DNA of 64,000 nt from positions 1,909,321 to 1,973,320 of the forward strand of contig CM119266.1 of the NCBI GenBank assembly GCA_051294375.1. The letters are read 5' to 3'. The notes under the pieces were generated by a model. The model searched no databases, was not told the origin of the DNA, and saw only the letters and a program-made list of their open reading frames with translations. This stretch comes from Paraspadella gotoi. Its lineage: Eukaryota > Animalia > Chaetognatha. Below, piece by piece: positions 1 through 14,823 of the stretch (its first letter is position 1; each line of letters starts with the position of its first letter). The translations under genes and the position numbers were made by a program.

Positions 1-280
1 CCCAACGAGAATCTTTAAAATAAATCATTTTGGGATTAAANNNNNNNNNNNNNNNNNNNNNNNNNTTTTTTTTTTTTTTATCTCGCCCAAAGACTCAATC
101 CTCTTTCCATGCGGATTCATTTTTGTTTTTTCGTCTGTCTGTTTGAGTCTGGTCTGTCTGTTTGTCGGCGCATATGTCCGTGCGTCTGTTTCACGCTTCA
201 AAGACGGAATAAATTTCGAAATTGGAAGCCGAAAAAAAAGTGAAAAGGGAGAAAAAATATTGCAAAGACGCAGGAATCGA

Positions 281-341
281 GTGACATACATACATACATA
301 CATACATACCTACATACATACATACATACATACATACATAC
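281..341. repeat. (TACA)n microsatellite
   Basis: About 14 TACA units, preceded and followed by GAGTGACATACA. Confidence 0.9.
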
Positions 342-1849
342 AGGAAAAGAGTGACATACATACTTTGACGAAGATGAGAAGTTAACTGAATATTGCTCGA
401 CTTAATAAACGTAGAATCAAGAGCATGGAAATCATGTTACAGCATGACGTCAATTAACGGATGCCAACTAACTTTGGCATCACGTAAGCAATTACTATGG
501 TTTCAATGACGTCAACGCAGCGCAGATTGGCGTTACGCCAACAAACGATTCCACGTCGTCAACAGACCGAGATTCACTCAACTTTTTCTCGAAGATTTAA
601 TGAGAGGCGGGNNNNNNNNNNNNNNNNNNNNNNNNNNNNNNNNNNNNNNNNNNNNNNNNNNNNNNNNNNNNNNNNNNNNNNNNNNNNNNNNNNNNNNNNN
701 NNNNNNNNNNNNNNNNNNNNNNNNNNNNNNNNNNNNNNNNNNNNNNNNNNNNNNNNNNNNNNNNNNNNNNNNNNNNNNNNNNNNNNNNNNNNNNNNNNNN
801 NNNNNNNNNNNNNNNNNNNNNNNNNNNNNNNNNNNNNNNNNNNNNNNNNNNNNNNNNNNNNNNNNNNNNNNNNNNNNNNNNNNNNNNNNNNNNNNNNNNN
901 NNNNNNNNNNNNNNNNNNNNNNNNNNNNNNNNNNNNNNNNNNNNNNNNNNNNNNNNNNNNNNNNNNNNNNNNNNNNNNNNNNNNNNNNNNNNNNNNNNNN
1001 NNNNNNNNNNNNNNNNNNNNNNNNNNNNNNNNNNNNNNNNNNNNNNNNNNNNNNNNNNNNNNNNNNNNNNNNNNNNNNNNNNNNNNNNNNNNNNNNNNNN
1101 NNNNNNNNNNNNNNNNNNNNNNNNNNNNNNNNNNNNNNNNNNNNNNNNNNNNNNNNNNNNNNNNNNNNNNNNNNNNNNNNNNNNNNNNNNNNNNNNNNNN
1201 NNNNNNNNNNNNNNNNNNNNNNNNNNNNNNNNNNNNNNNNNNNNNNNNNNNNNNNNNNNNNNNNNNNNAAGACGATGAAGACGACAGACGACGACGACGA
1301 CGACGACCTGCAGAATGGAAATGAGGCCTTCCGCCTCCGCGGATCGAATTAACTTGCAAAGTGACGAAATGGTAAAAAGTTCAAGTTTTTAATCGTTCAA
1401 ATTGTATTAGATTAATTGATTTTTAATTTTATGAATACAATTGGAAAAAAATGAGGGAAAACTTGATACAAATACAAAAAAATCTTAACCTGATAGCTAC
1501 ATTGTAGAATTTAAAACTGTTTCTAAAAAAAAAAAAATCGGAGATTAGAAAGAAGATGTAAAAGCGAACAAAAGGCAATCGGCGATCGACTTTAAACGCG
1601 AAACCGGATACAGGGTTCATCGTTTAGAAATTATAAATAATAAAACTAGTTCCCTGCTTCCCTGTATTACAGGACTAGATGAAACAAAAAGAACAGTTAG
1701 TCTGAGAAATTCATGGAACAAATTAATTAGACCAGAAAATTAAACTCGGGCATCTTTTAAAAAACCAATTATCGAGGCCAACCATCGAGGCCAATAATCA
1801 AACCCAATAATCAAACCCAATAATCAAACGGAATCGACCCAAAACGACG

Positions 1850-4800
1850 ATGGACAAAGATGAATTTTCGTTTCCTCTTCTTTCTTCTTTCGGTTTCGCC
1901 GCCGTCACTCGCAGACTCAGTAATCGGAATAAAGGATCCAATGTGAACGGTAGGATTTCTACTCAAATGTTTTTTAATTAAATTATATTATATTATGTTA
2001 ACATAAATAATAAATTATTTCATTAGAATTTTTTAGAATATAATGAAGTGTTTCCATATTAATATTTGTTTACAGAACAGAACAATTTAGCAAAAAAAAA
2101 ATTAAGATGCATTTTGGTTAATCAAGTCGAATGTGAAAATTTCAAAATTTCTTGTTTCACTTTTTAAATTGTTTAGATTTATTTCGTTTTATTTCCATTG
2201 TTTATGTCTCTCTTTTATTTTTATTTTAATTATCGAAATCTAATAATATTTTAAAAAAATTATAATTTGTTTTTGCGTCAGAGGATTCGTCTTTCAAACA
2301 TTTGAACAAAAACAACAACAAAATCGGTCAAACTTCTTCCGACGAGTTAGAAAAGAAAAAGAAGAAACACCCCCATGCGGCTTCGCTCGTCGCTTTCTTA
2401 TTGGGAATCTTAGCCGTTGTTCTCTCAGGCGTCTGCTCTTGGTGATTTTGATACCACTATGAACATACTTTGAAATATTACTTAAAAAAATAATTCAGGA
2501 AACCTTATCGGTAATGGGAAGGAATGGAATATTTTTTAAAACTTGATAATCAACCATAGAATTTAGGATACTAATTTGGATGATAACTTTCAATACATAT
2601 CTCTCCGTCTTTTTCTGTCCGTCTGTCTGACTGTCCCGCTCTCCCTCCCTCCTTTCTCTACCCCCACCCCTAACGCCTCACGAATAAAAGGTACTGGTAC
2701 GACTGGCCGTGGTTCATCTCCATTCCCGCTCTTCTCTCCGGCGTCATGTCGCTCACTTGCATGGAATATCCCGAGCGCGCCATCGTCTGGGCCTCGATCA
2801 GCGCCTCTCTCTCTGTCGTCTCGCTCTCGTGGACGATTTCGGCCATCGTCCTCTGTTACGAATTTTGTCCGTGTCGATTCTTCGCCGAGAAGAAACAGAT
2901 GTACAGACAGATGGAGTATCGGGCGAGGACGACGGAAGGCGAGAGCCACTGGTAGAGACGACGAGCGGACGATTGAGAAATGATTTTGGTCGAGAGTAGA
3001 AAAAAAAAAGACTAATGGGGAAAAAAAATAAAATGTGTGTTATTCAGGTTAAAAAAAATAATGTTTGATAAAATTAATCGATGGCCTCAAAACTTGATAG
3101 CCTTAAAACAAAATTAAACATTATAAATCTCAAAAAAAGAAAAAAAACAAATCTATTAATTTTTTTCAGTTTTAAAAATTATTATCATTGTAGTTTTTCA
3201 AAAAAAAAAAAAAAAAAAAACCAACATCGAAATCAAATCACGATCAAAGTGAAAGTTTTTTTTTTATTTATATATATATTCATAAATGAAACAATCCATG
3301 ATTTAGGTCGAATGTACATTGGGCTTCGCCTCGGTTAATTACCCTCCTACCCTTCCCCTTTCATCTAACCCGGTATCCCTGCGTCTACGTGAACTACCCC
3401 CCCCTCCCCGCGACCGCGGCCGAGGTGGAATCAGACGAGTTCTGCTTCACGAGTCCAATCAAGCTGGCGACTTACGGATTCTTCAATGGATTCGAGGTGG
3501 ATGAAGATTGCAGGTCGCCGCCAAAAGGGATATGTCGGAGGATAGACTGGTTAGGGTGGAGGGAGGGGGGAGTGGTGGGAGAAGCAGGGAGGAGCCATAT
3601 TTGTGTTATTGTGTACAATTTTTTATATATATTTGACACTCTCTCCGTGTCATCTTTCTGTCTCGCAGTCTGCCTGATTGATTGTCCGTCTGTCTGTTTT
3701 ATGTCTCTGTCTGCCAATTCGTGAGTACACGTTTGTCAGTCTGTCAGTTTATCCTTCAGTCTGCCTGTTTATTTTTCCCCGAATCTCTAAAAGTCCGTCT
3801 CTCGTCAGACTCTTTCTGATCCCTCCAATTCCTTCGACCCCATCTCGGCCGCCCCGCCCGTCGCTTTCCCCTTTCGAAATAAAAGGTTATTTAACCGACG
3901 CAATCAAGAATTGAGGGGCCGGTGGGCGTGGAAAGGAAAGAACTTCTTCGGTGGGCGCGGTCGCATCCGTCCGGGAGATCATTGCAGGTTGGGATCCGAC
4001 TGCGAGGGTTTCCCCGACAACAAATGCTTCGGTCTCACCGTCCACGACTCCATCTGCGCCAACGGCTCCTCACAGGCCTTCGGCAGCGCCTGCAATTACA
4101 CCCAGCAGTGCAGCGCTGCAGAAGCGGTCAAGTGCAAGCTTCCGGAGTCGTGCAACGGTGATTGAAGGGAAACCACATCAATGTTCAAACACATATGTAA
4201 TGCGGCGTGACAATTTGTTAAATGATATGGTCTCAAACATTCTTAGTTTTTTGTTACCATTTATTCAGATTTCCTTTTTTGGAAAGAAATTCATACATCG
4301 ATTCAGAGTACCAAAAATAAATTGTTCTCCTTTCACAACAAAAAACAAACTAATTTCTCCGTCAATTCGCTTTCAGTCGAATACGTAACGATGTGTTCCG
4401 AACACATCTGCATCGCAAGAACCAACTGCGGTAAGTTCCAACGAGAATTGCTTAAAATATGCATTTTGGATTAAGAGATTGAAATCGCTCAAACGTCCCC
4501 AGGACATCATCACACTTCGCCGGACAATCCAGCTCCGCACAACTGTCGTCCAGAATGCTCCTGCTGCGGCGGCTGCGAAAAGTGAGAGCTGCTTACTAAT
4601 TTTAGTAACATGAAGTTCGTTTTTTTTTTAAACACGATCTCAAATCTTCGGTTTAAGTTTCTTTCCTTTTCCAATTCTTTTCTTCCCGCTCCCGCCGCGC
4701 CAAGACGCGGCCAATGCGTCTACAGCGGCGGCGGGAGCTGGGAATGCCGCTGCGGCTTCGGCTCCTTCGGTCCGCACTGCAAGTACTTCGTCGACAGCAG

Positions 4801-4996
4801 GAACGCTCCGGGCGCGAACGCCTCTCAGTCCGGCATGTGCGGCTACATGGCCGGACTGTGCGAGAACGGGGGGAAATGCGTCGCGTCGAAGGAGAATCTG
4901 TTTGGATTTCGGTGTCAATGCAAAGAAGGATTCGACGGGTTGTACTGCGATAATAAGAAGAGAAAGGGGACCGAGGAAAAGAGCTCGACTTTATGA
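1850..4996 (+). CDS. Three-TM (MS4A/CD20-like) membrane protein with C-terminal Cys-rich and EGF-like domains; 8 exons, 474 aa
   Basis: Exons 1850-1949, 2282-2441, 2691-2951, 3307-3513, 3886-4157, 4377-4430, 4503-4581, 4705-4996. All introns are GT-AG with matching phases and the total is 1425 nt, open to TGA. TM segments are AASLVAFLLGILAVVLSGVCSW, WPWFISIPALLSGVMSLTC and AIVWASISASLSVVSLSWTISAIVLC. EGF-like motifs are CEKRGQCV..WECRCGFGSFGPHC and CENGGKCV..FRCQCKEGFDGLYC. The exon3-exon4 join is the least certain. Confidence 0.7.
4705..4996 (+). CDS. Terminal exon encoding EGF-like domains
   Basis: C-x-N-G-G-x-C...C-x-C-x2-G-F-x-G-x2-C EGF signature, plus a second C-x-C-x5-G-x2-C C-terminal EGF half just before it. 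Confidence 0.9.
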
Positions 4997-5964
4997 AACA
5001 ATTCATAAATTGTAATAGATGTGAGATTAAGAAGAGAATAAAGAGGCATTGATAAAAGGTTTTTTTTTAAATTTTCTTGTCGCTAATATTGATCCTCGCC
5101 CTAACCGAAGGGTAACAGGGCAAAAAACAAACACAGCCGACTGGAAAAAACCAAGCAGACTGATCAATCTATCACGCGTCCGAATGACCAGGCAAGATTG
5201 ACCCGGACAAACTAATTCGATTTCAACTGGCCCAGACTGAATGATTGATTGATTCATGGACCGACCGACCAATCGAGTTCAACCCAGACTGTCCAAACGG
5301 CCCAGACAGACCGGCCCGGTTCGTCGAGAGCGTCACAACGAACTTCGCATAATCGGCATAAACCAACGCGACGCGCTCAGAGATCAGCGCTCTCTCTCTC
5401 TCTCTCTCTCTCATCTGGACCTCTCTTCTTCTCCTCTCTCTCCTCTTCCTGTCTCGTCTCTCTCTCCTCTCCCCTCTCTGTTTTCTCTCTCGTTTCCAGC
5501 GAGCATTCGGCGTCGGGCGACGTTAATGAGGCGTCGCCAGTGAAAGCGTCGCCGATGAAATACGAGGACGCATAAAAAAAGGGGGGAACGAAAGAGGGGG
5601 GGAAGAGTCGATAGAGGGCGACGATGCGGTGACTATTAATGATTATTGTTATTCACCATAGTAGTACATAGTATTTATCATATTAGTTTATTTATGATAA
5701 TGTGGACGCAACAATACCTGTTTTTTTAAAATTTTTATCATTAATGAGTAAAAATTTAAATCTTTTCTATAATTTTCCAAAAGATTAATAGTTTAACCCC
5801 AGAGTATTTTATATTTCTTTATTTAGTACTGTATTTTATCTCAATTTCATCTTAAATTTAGGTTATTATTAAATTTATTAAATATATTTAATTAACAGTG
5901 TTGCGCCGCATAAAAAAAATAAAGCCTCGCTTAGGACGTTAACCTGACACGGCCCGATGCCAAG

Positions 5965-7601
<1,637 letters not shown>

Positions 7602-8176
7602 TACTATAAAGAAACTATGATCTACTAATAAGACAATAATCTCATCTAAGGTCATACCAACGAATTAAGACCGAGCCTAAAATGTGCTTTCAAACAGCCA
7701 CAAGGCAGATTTGGCCAAAGCCAACCCTGCGCCACCGTCTTCTATTTAGCCAGATTCTGTAGATGGCGCCATTGATTCCGCGATCGAAAATTTGGCGAGG
7801 CGCCCAAGATTTGGCAATGGCGCCTCAGTTTTCGGAATAGCACCGGCGAGAAAGATTTGGCAGTGGCGTCGTCGATTCGTCAGAAACGCCTGCCGCTGCC
7901 GCCTGCCTTCTCCTGCCGCCGCCTGCCGCCGCCTGCCGCCGCCGCTTATAGGGCCGTCAGAAAACATCATTTTCCTCGAACGGGTTTAGATCAAATTTTC
8001 CCAAAGCGATATCTTGTTTTGGGTGCCTCTTTTATGGGGCACCTGTTCCCGTCGCGTTCTGAATAGGGTGCTTGGTTTAAGAATCGCCAGATTTTGCAGC
8101 ATTTTGTGATGATCATCTTTTAGAGTTTGTTCACTCGACTAAATCGAAGCTGCAGTTTTGGTCGATTCAATTAACT

Positions 8177-8335
8177 ATGAAATTGGCACAACCAATATAA
8201 AAATTATCCATTAATTTGATAAATAAGCTATCTTGCCCCTGACTTTGGACAGGCTTTGGTGGTTTAAGGCCTCCATCACTCTTACAAGATAATGACATAG
8301 CAAGTCCCTGCAAGCTTTCAATCAACGACTCTCTC
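8177..8335 (-). repeat. ~150-bp dispersed repeat family, copy 1
   Basis: Near-identical to 35929-36078 and 26211-26332 (ATGAAATTGGYACAACCAATATAAAAATTATCC...TATCTTGCCCCTGACTTTGGACAGG...CAAGATAATGACATAGC). The strand is inferred from structure only. Confidence 0.85.
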
Positions 8336-8828
8336 TCTATCTTATTCACGAAATGTCTGCTTCTTTTCATCCTGTGAAAGAACTTAATATCAGTTGAACT
8401 CTTTCTCTTCTCTCTTAATATAACTTAATATAACTTAATATAACTTAATATTACCTAATATAAGTAGAACTCTCTTTCTCTCCTCCCTTAAAGTTTTCTC
8501 AGTAACTCAGCAAATAATATTTAAATTATCACTCGCCGGTTATACTAATCCGTGATGGACGTCGCTTTTTAATTCCTACTTAATACGTCATGGGAAATGT
8601 CAATACTGGTCGACACTTTTTATTTTTTTAAACGAATTAAGTAGAAATTAACATTTTTTTCCCTTTCATTTGGTAAAACGACGTCAGTGGCAGGCTATCA
8701 ATTATTCTCTCATTTCCTTTCTTTCCTCTGTTTTCCTTCCTCTCCAATTACTTTTCTATCCCTTTCTGTTTTCTTTTCCCGATCCTTTCTCATATTCTTC
8801 TCTTTCCCCCTCTCTCTTAACCGCCGTG

Positions 8829-8948
<120 letters not shown>

Positions 8949-9358
8949 CCAACGTTCTCTTTTCTCAATTTTACGATCGCTCGGGTCGCTCGTGACAAGC
9001 GGGTCTTGTCACGACGTGTCACGCGCCATGCGGTTCCCGCCCCTGCCCAAGGAAAGAGATGTCCTGCCCAATTTTGGCGTCCATCTGACCAATGAGAGAT
9101 TGATTGATTGATTGATTGTTTGATCAATTCAATCACAATAGTTCTCTCTCTCAGTCACTATTTCTCATAAGCCTTGCCCACCATGTCCCGTCTTTTCATT
9201 AACGCTTATTCTCCAGCCCGTCCGGCCATTATTTACCATGTCTGTCAGCGCGTGGCCATGCGGAAATCCCTCTCTGGTCGGTCACTTGTTTATGTCCGTC
9301 TCGACCAAGAGGAAAAAACGGGGCGATGGAGTTGGGACCGGTTGGGTGGCTGGGGAAA

Positions 9359-9465
<107 letters not shown>

Positions 9466-10197
9466 AAGGGGGGTGGATGTGACACAGACCGAACGTGTCA
9501 AATCCGTGATTCGCCGATGGGCGTGCCCCGGTGATGTAGGCGCATGGGATGGTGGTAGTATAACGATGATTCCGTTTTTTATTAAACAAATTTGAAATAA
9601 ATTTAATTTAATCGAGTCATCAAATTGCTATGACATCGAATCACTGCTTGATTTGCCAATAATAAAAGTATAACATAAATTAACAAATATGATTCATAGT
9701 GATTGAACTTTGACAAATTTGATGAGAAAAATGAGAAATTTGACTGAAGATGAAAACGTGAATCAGGATCGAGGTTTATATTCCGTTGCTCTTAGTGATT
9801 CACTGTCAAGGCGAATGTCACAATTCATTGTCCTCGATTGGCTGCCTCAGAGCTTTGCCTTTGCGGGACAAACATTTATAATGTAAACACTTATCAGCAG
9901 ANNNNNNNNNNCTTCTGAAAAGCTTAGTGATGATATTTGGTGAAGTGGCGCCATCCCTCGGCGCGAGTTTGAACTTGATTGATGATTTCGCTTTATCGCC
10001 GCCTCCTTTCCTCCCTTTTTCCTCTCTAACCTTTCCTTTCCTTTTCCTCCGCCCCTTCCTCTTTCTTTTTCTTTCCTCCTCCTCCTCTTCCTTACTCGAC
10101 ACGTGATCAAACGCTCTCCGCTCTGCCGCCACAGACGCGCGAAATCGAGAGAGCGAGAGAGAGAGAGAGANNNNNNNNNNAGAAACCTCGTATCAGC

Positions 10198-11280
10198 GCA
10201 GCGTCCGGGAGCAGCAGCGCGGCGGCCGAGCGGCTTCTCCCTACCTTCGACTTACTTCGCTCGGCTCTTCTTACTCCTCTTCCTCTTCCTTCTCCTTATC
10301 TCCCGGATCCGCGCGACTGCAAAGTCGATCCGGTCTGAGCCGCAGTGGATAACTTACTCTTTTCTCTCTCTCTTACCCTCGTCACCGCCGAGTCTCTTCT
10401 CTCTGTCTCCGAGCGGATCGATTATGGGTTCGGTAGTCTTTTTTTGATATAATATTATATTATTAATAATAATAATAATAATAATAATTATAATATTAAT
10501 ATTACATTATTGTAGGGTTATTTCACTATGTAGAAAGAAAGAAAGAAAAAAAAGAAATAAAGAAAGAAAAAACGAAAGAAAGAAAGAAAAAACGAGAGAA
10601 AGAAAGAAAGAAAAAAGAATGAAAAAAAATATTAAAAAATTGAGACAACAAAATAAATAAATAAATAAATAATAAATAATTTTAAGATTTTGAGCTAAAA
10701 ATAATAATATTACTAAAAAAGATATAAATCTAACAATAATGATTAAATATGCTGAAAACAATTGAAAATATGATAATGAGAAAAATGATCACAAATAAGA
10801 TTTTATATATATAATTTCAATTTTTGTTACGCGAGGACATATGAAGAGTAAATAGTAGCAAGAATTTTAAAATCAAGTAGAATCAAAATTATAAGCTCTA
10901 CAAAGTGGTATATACTTTATATTTTTTTAATGCCTAGCGAAATTTGTTGAGAAATTAAAGAGAGATTTTTGATTTGAATAGGTTCTATTGCACCTGGAAT
11001 GTACAGACACTCCTTAAAGAGAGAGGGAATGACAAAATAATACATTATTAATAGAATTAATAGAAAAAAAAAGATAGAAATAGAGAGTGTGACAGCAAGA
11101 GAGTAAGAGAGAGAGAGAGAGAGAGATAGAGATCCGGCCCCGATCCGCTCGGACTTCGACCGGAAGAAGCCCGACTCACCATCGAGAGAGAGAAAATCTC
11201 CCCGATCCGAGCGGAAGAAGCCCGGAAGGAGAAGTGAGTCGCTCGGCAGCCGCGCGCCGCTGCTCCGGTGGACGGCTGCG
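10198..11280. repeat. Degenerate GC-rich inverted repeat arms around an AT-rich spacer
   Basis: 10198-10240 GCAGCGTCCGGGAGCAGCAGCGCGGCGGCCGAGCGGCTTCTCC resembles the reverse complement of about 11229-11279. TCCGAGCGGATCG at about 10408 matches the reverse complement of about 11141-11153. Confidence 0.5.
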
Positions 11281-11577
11281 TCCGGGAGAGCTGAGTATAT
11301 GACTCCCCTGCCAGAGATAATCACTCCCTCGAAATGGCTTTTGTCTTCTGCAGTCATTTCGAAACTGCGACGAAGCATCACCAACGAACATTCTTGTGAA
11401 TATATCATTTAACATCTTTTTTTTAAAAATATATACTTCTATTATTTAAAAGATATTTTTGCTATGAATGTTTTAAAAACATGTACTTTTTTTCATCTTA
11501 AATGCAATGTTAATTTACTCGAAGATCTAAGTATCATATTATATAATATATACCACAATATATGTTTTACTTAAATA

Positions 11578-11657
11578 TGTAGTCGGGCATTGCCTAGGTT
11601 CACCCCGCCTCGAAGCATATCACTTTCAGTTGTGAACCTAGGCAATTCCCGACTACA
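11578..11657. mobile_element. 80-bp MITE-like palindrome, Ginger-like TGT...ACA termini
   Basis: Inverted arms of ~26 bp, TGTAGTCGGGCATTGCCTAGGTTCAC / GTGAACCTAGGCAATTCCCGACTACA (1 mismatch), flanked by the direct repeat AATA. Confidence 0.7.
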
Positions 11658-14600
11658 AATATAATATTAGAAATCTCTTAATTTTATTTGAAACATTGAT
11701 ATTTGAAATAAAGAAAAGTATTGATCACTCTCCGCTGTNNNNNNNNNNAATTTTCGTTTAAATAATGTTAATATGTTCACATAAACATACGTTCCAGGTT
11801 AACATATCCCTTTACCCAGATAAATGAATTTCACTTTAATAGATTAAGGTTAAATTCATTTCAAAGATTCTTTGTAATCTCACTCTCGATACATTCACTC
11901 TTTCTGTTTTCACCCTCCGATTTTTTTTAATCCGTCAATAATCTTAGGCTCGGTATGGCCCACACTGCCATTCTAATAAATTCATATTTAATTATTATTC
12001 GCTTATTTAGTGTTTACTCTTAACATAGTCCTTATTTTAAAAACATATTTGAAATCTCAGTTTCACTGCAGTTTCAAATCAGACAGAAACGAAATCTTGC
12101 TATCGATAACCGCAAAGTTCAATTTGACTTTTCTTCACATTCATAGTTCACCTTTTCTTTTTAATCAAACTCGCCTCTCTATTTCACATCGTCCGCGATT
12201 CACTTCCTCTCAATTTCACTTTTTAGTTCACTACCTTCTTTATTTCACCCAATCCTCGATTCACTTCCTCTCTTTTTCACCTCTCAGTTCACTAGCCTCT
12301 CTATTTCACCCAATCCTAAATTCACCTCCTCTCTATTTCACCCCCGACGATTCACGCTTTTCGCGCTCACAAAAGGAAGGCCTTTTGTTATTCCCCATTT
12401 TTCACTGCGCGTCTTATTTGATTAGTCGCCGTCTGACGGTGGCGCCTCTGCCGAGAGAGAGAGAGAGAGAGNNNNNNNNNNNNNNNNNNNNNNNNNNNNN
12501 NNNNNNNNNNNNNNNNNNNNNNNNNNNNNNNNNNNNNNNNNNNNNNNNNNNNNNNNNNNNNNNNNNNNNNNNNNNNNNNNNNNNNNNNNNNNNNNNNNNN
12601 NNNNNNNNNNNNNNNNNNNNNNNNNNNNNNNNNNNNNNNNNNNNNNNNNNNNNNNNTTCCGCAAGTAACGCTGCCGACAAAAGAGAGAGAGCGAGGGAAA
12701 GAGAGATAGAAAGAAAGAGAAAGAGAAAGAGAGAGAGAGAGAGGGAAAATTTTTCATTATTTTATTAATTTTTTTTCCCGGAAGAAGGCAGAACCGCGAA
12801 CATATAAGTTTTTCTGTGATATATGGCGGCGCGCGATTTATCAAATTTATTAAATCTCTCTCTCTCTCTCTCTCTNNNNNNNNNNNNNNNNNNNNNNNNN
12901 NNNNNNNNNNNNNNNNNNNNNNNNNNNNNNNNNNNNNNNNNNNNNNNNNNNNNNNNNNNNNNNNNNNNNNNNNNNNNNNNNNNNNNNNNNNNNNNNNNNN
13001 NNNNNNNNNNNNNNNNNNNNNNNNNNNNNNNNNNNNNNNNNNNNNNNNNNNNNNNNNNNNNNNNNNNNNNNNNNNNNNNNNNNNNNNNNNNNNNNNNNNN
13101 NNNNNNNNNNNNNNNNNNNNNNNNNNNNNNNNNNNNNNNNNNNNNNNNNNNNNNNNNNNNNNNNNNNNNNNNNNNNNNNNNNNNNNNNNNNNNNNNNNNN
13201 NNNNNNNNNNNNNNNNNNNNNNNNNNNNNNNNNNNNNNNNNNNNNNNNNNNNNNNNNNNNNNNNNNNNNNNNNNNNNNNNNNNNNNNNNNNNNNNNNNNN
13301 NNNNNNNNNNNNNNNNNNNNNNNNNNNNNNNNNNNNNNNNNNNNNNNNNNNNNNNNNNNNNNNNNNNNNNNNNNNNNNNNNNAAATAAACATAAGATAGA
13401 TGTTTTTTCTAATTTTTTTGTGGTTTCACGTTTCCAACAAATTTCTGTGAATATCGCTACGGGCACAACTTACAAGATTCTTTATGAAGAGACATCTGTC
13501 GCGAGAAATCTAAAACGAGTAAATATAAAAAAAACAACAAAAGTGACCTTCCACGTGACTCGAAAGCTCAGTTAATAATTAAAATTTATAAATAAAAATC
13601 GATTTTCGCTAAGGCATATTCGAAGGAAATCCAATTAGTCGCTTAGAATTGGAACTGATTACATTTGCATTTAACCGGGAGCCTTAAATAGGACAAAAAA
13701 AAAGGAAGAATAATACTTCATCTTTTTGCAAAATTCCGGTACTAAAAATACGCGATTCGACGTTTGAATTTATTGTAGAAAGATTTTGTTTCGGGTTGAA
13801 GGTCGAATTCAAGGTTAAGAGTCGAGTCGATGGCAAATATTTGGATTTAAAAAAAATATTTGGTGGTTTGAGCTTTAAATCAAATGTTGACAGATGAATA
13901 GAATAAAATGAGAAGTAAGAATGGAAAGTAATTTTCATATTAAGTATTAAACCATTAAAGTTTGTTTGTACATAAAAACGCTTAATATGAAGGTAGAAAT
14001 TATTGAGAAACAACTTGAGATTTGAGTGTTGAATTAAATTTAGTTACGTTTGAAAATGAACTGATTGATAATAAGAATAAAATTACCTTGGATTAATACA
14101 AAGTTAGAAAGAAAGAAAAAAGAGAAAAGAATAGAATGAAAAACAAACTAAACACAAAAAGTAGGTAATAAAAGGTGTACAGGTTGAAGAAGGTAAAAAA
14201 GTATGAAAGAAAAACAAAGAGAGATAGAAACGCCAGTCATAAAAATATAAAATGAAGAGAAACGACCGTCTTAGTATCCTTGTATCTCCGTTGATGAGTT
14301 TCTGTGAGAAGTAAAGGAATACCGACCGTGGTCGTCTTCAACGTCCTCCTGGTTGGAATCGTTGTCGTCTTTCCTCGTCTTTTCTTCGCCGTCGGCAAGT
14401 CATGTTTTGTCGATAGCCTCGCTTTGAGACCTCATTGGTTCCGTTATCTCCGTTTTATCGCTCAGCGTTGATGCGTTCTTTTGTTTGTAAAAAAAAATAC
14501 AAGCGTTTGTTTACAATTGAGTCGATGTGCCGAAGGCCGATTCGGTTTTTCGTTCTTTGATGCGGGAGTCTCAAGATTTACTATGGTTTCTTTTCTAGTT

Positions 14601-14790
14601 GCTGCGATAGGCCAAAAAAACTATTTAAGTATGAACTGCATCAGAAATACGTATGAATTATTTTGAATAAAGTTCTATTTTAATTTTAACATCTTAGATT
14701 ATTTTTTAGCTCAACGATGACAACGACGAAAAGAAACTCGGGTGATACAACCTCTCTCTCTTACTCTACTCTCAAAAAGCGCCCAGGTGC

Positions 14791-14823
<33 letters not shown>

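Noticed and set aside
497-1359. Long ORFs containing X runs (also at 12.4-17, 43.4-44.5 and 50.5-56 kb)
   Set aside because: They are artefacts of N gaps lacking stop codons.
1860-1946. MNFRFLFFLLSVSPPSLA, a signal-peptide-like alternative frame
   Set aside because: It stops after 28 codons, and the ATG-1850 frame splices in phase to exon 2.
3334-3372. Possible 39-nt GT..CG non-canonical intron inside exon 4
   Set aside because: The frame is open without it and there is no AG; it cannot be supported without cDNA.
7690-8090. GC-rich GGCGCC/GCC-rich island
   Set aside because: No convincing ORF, splice structure or TIR/TSD was found.
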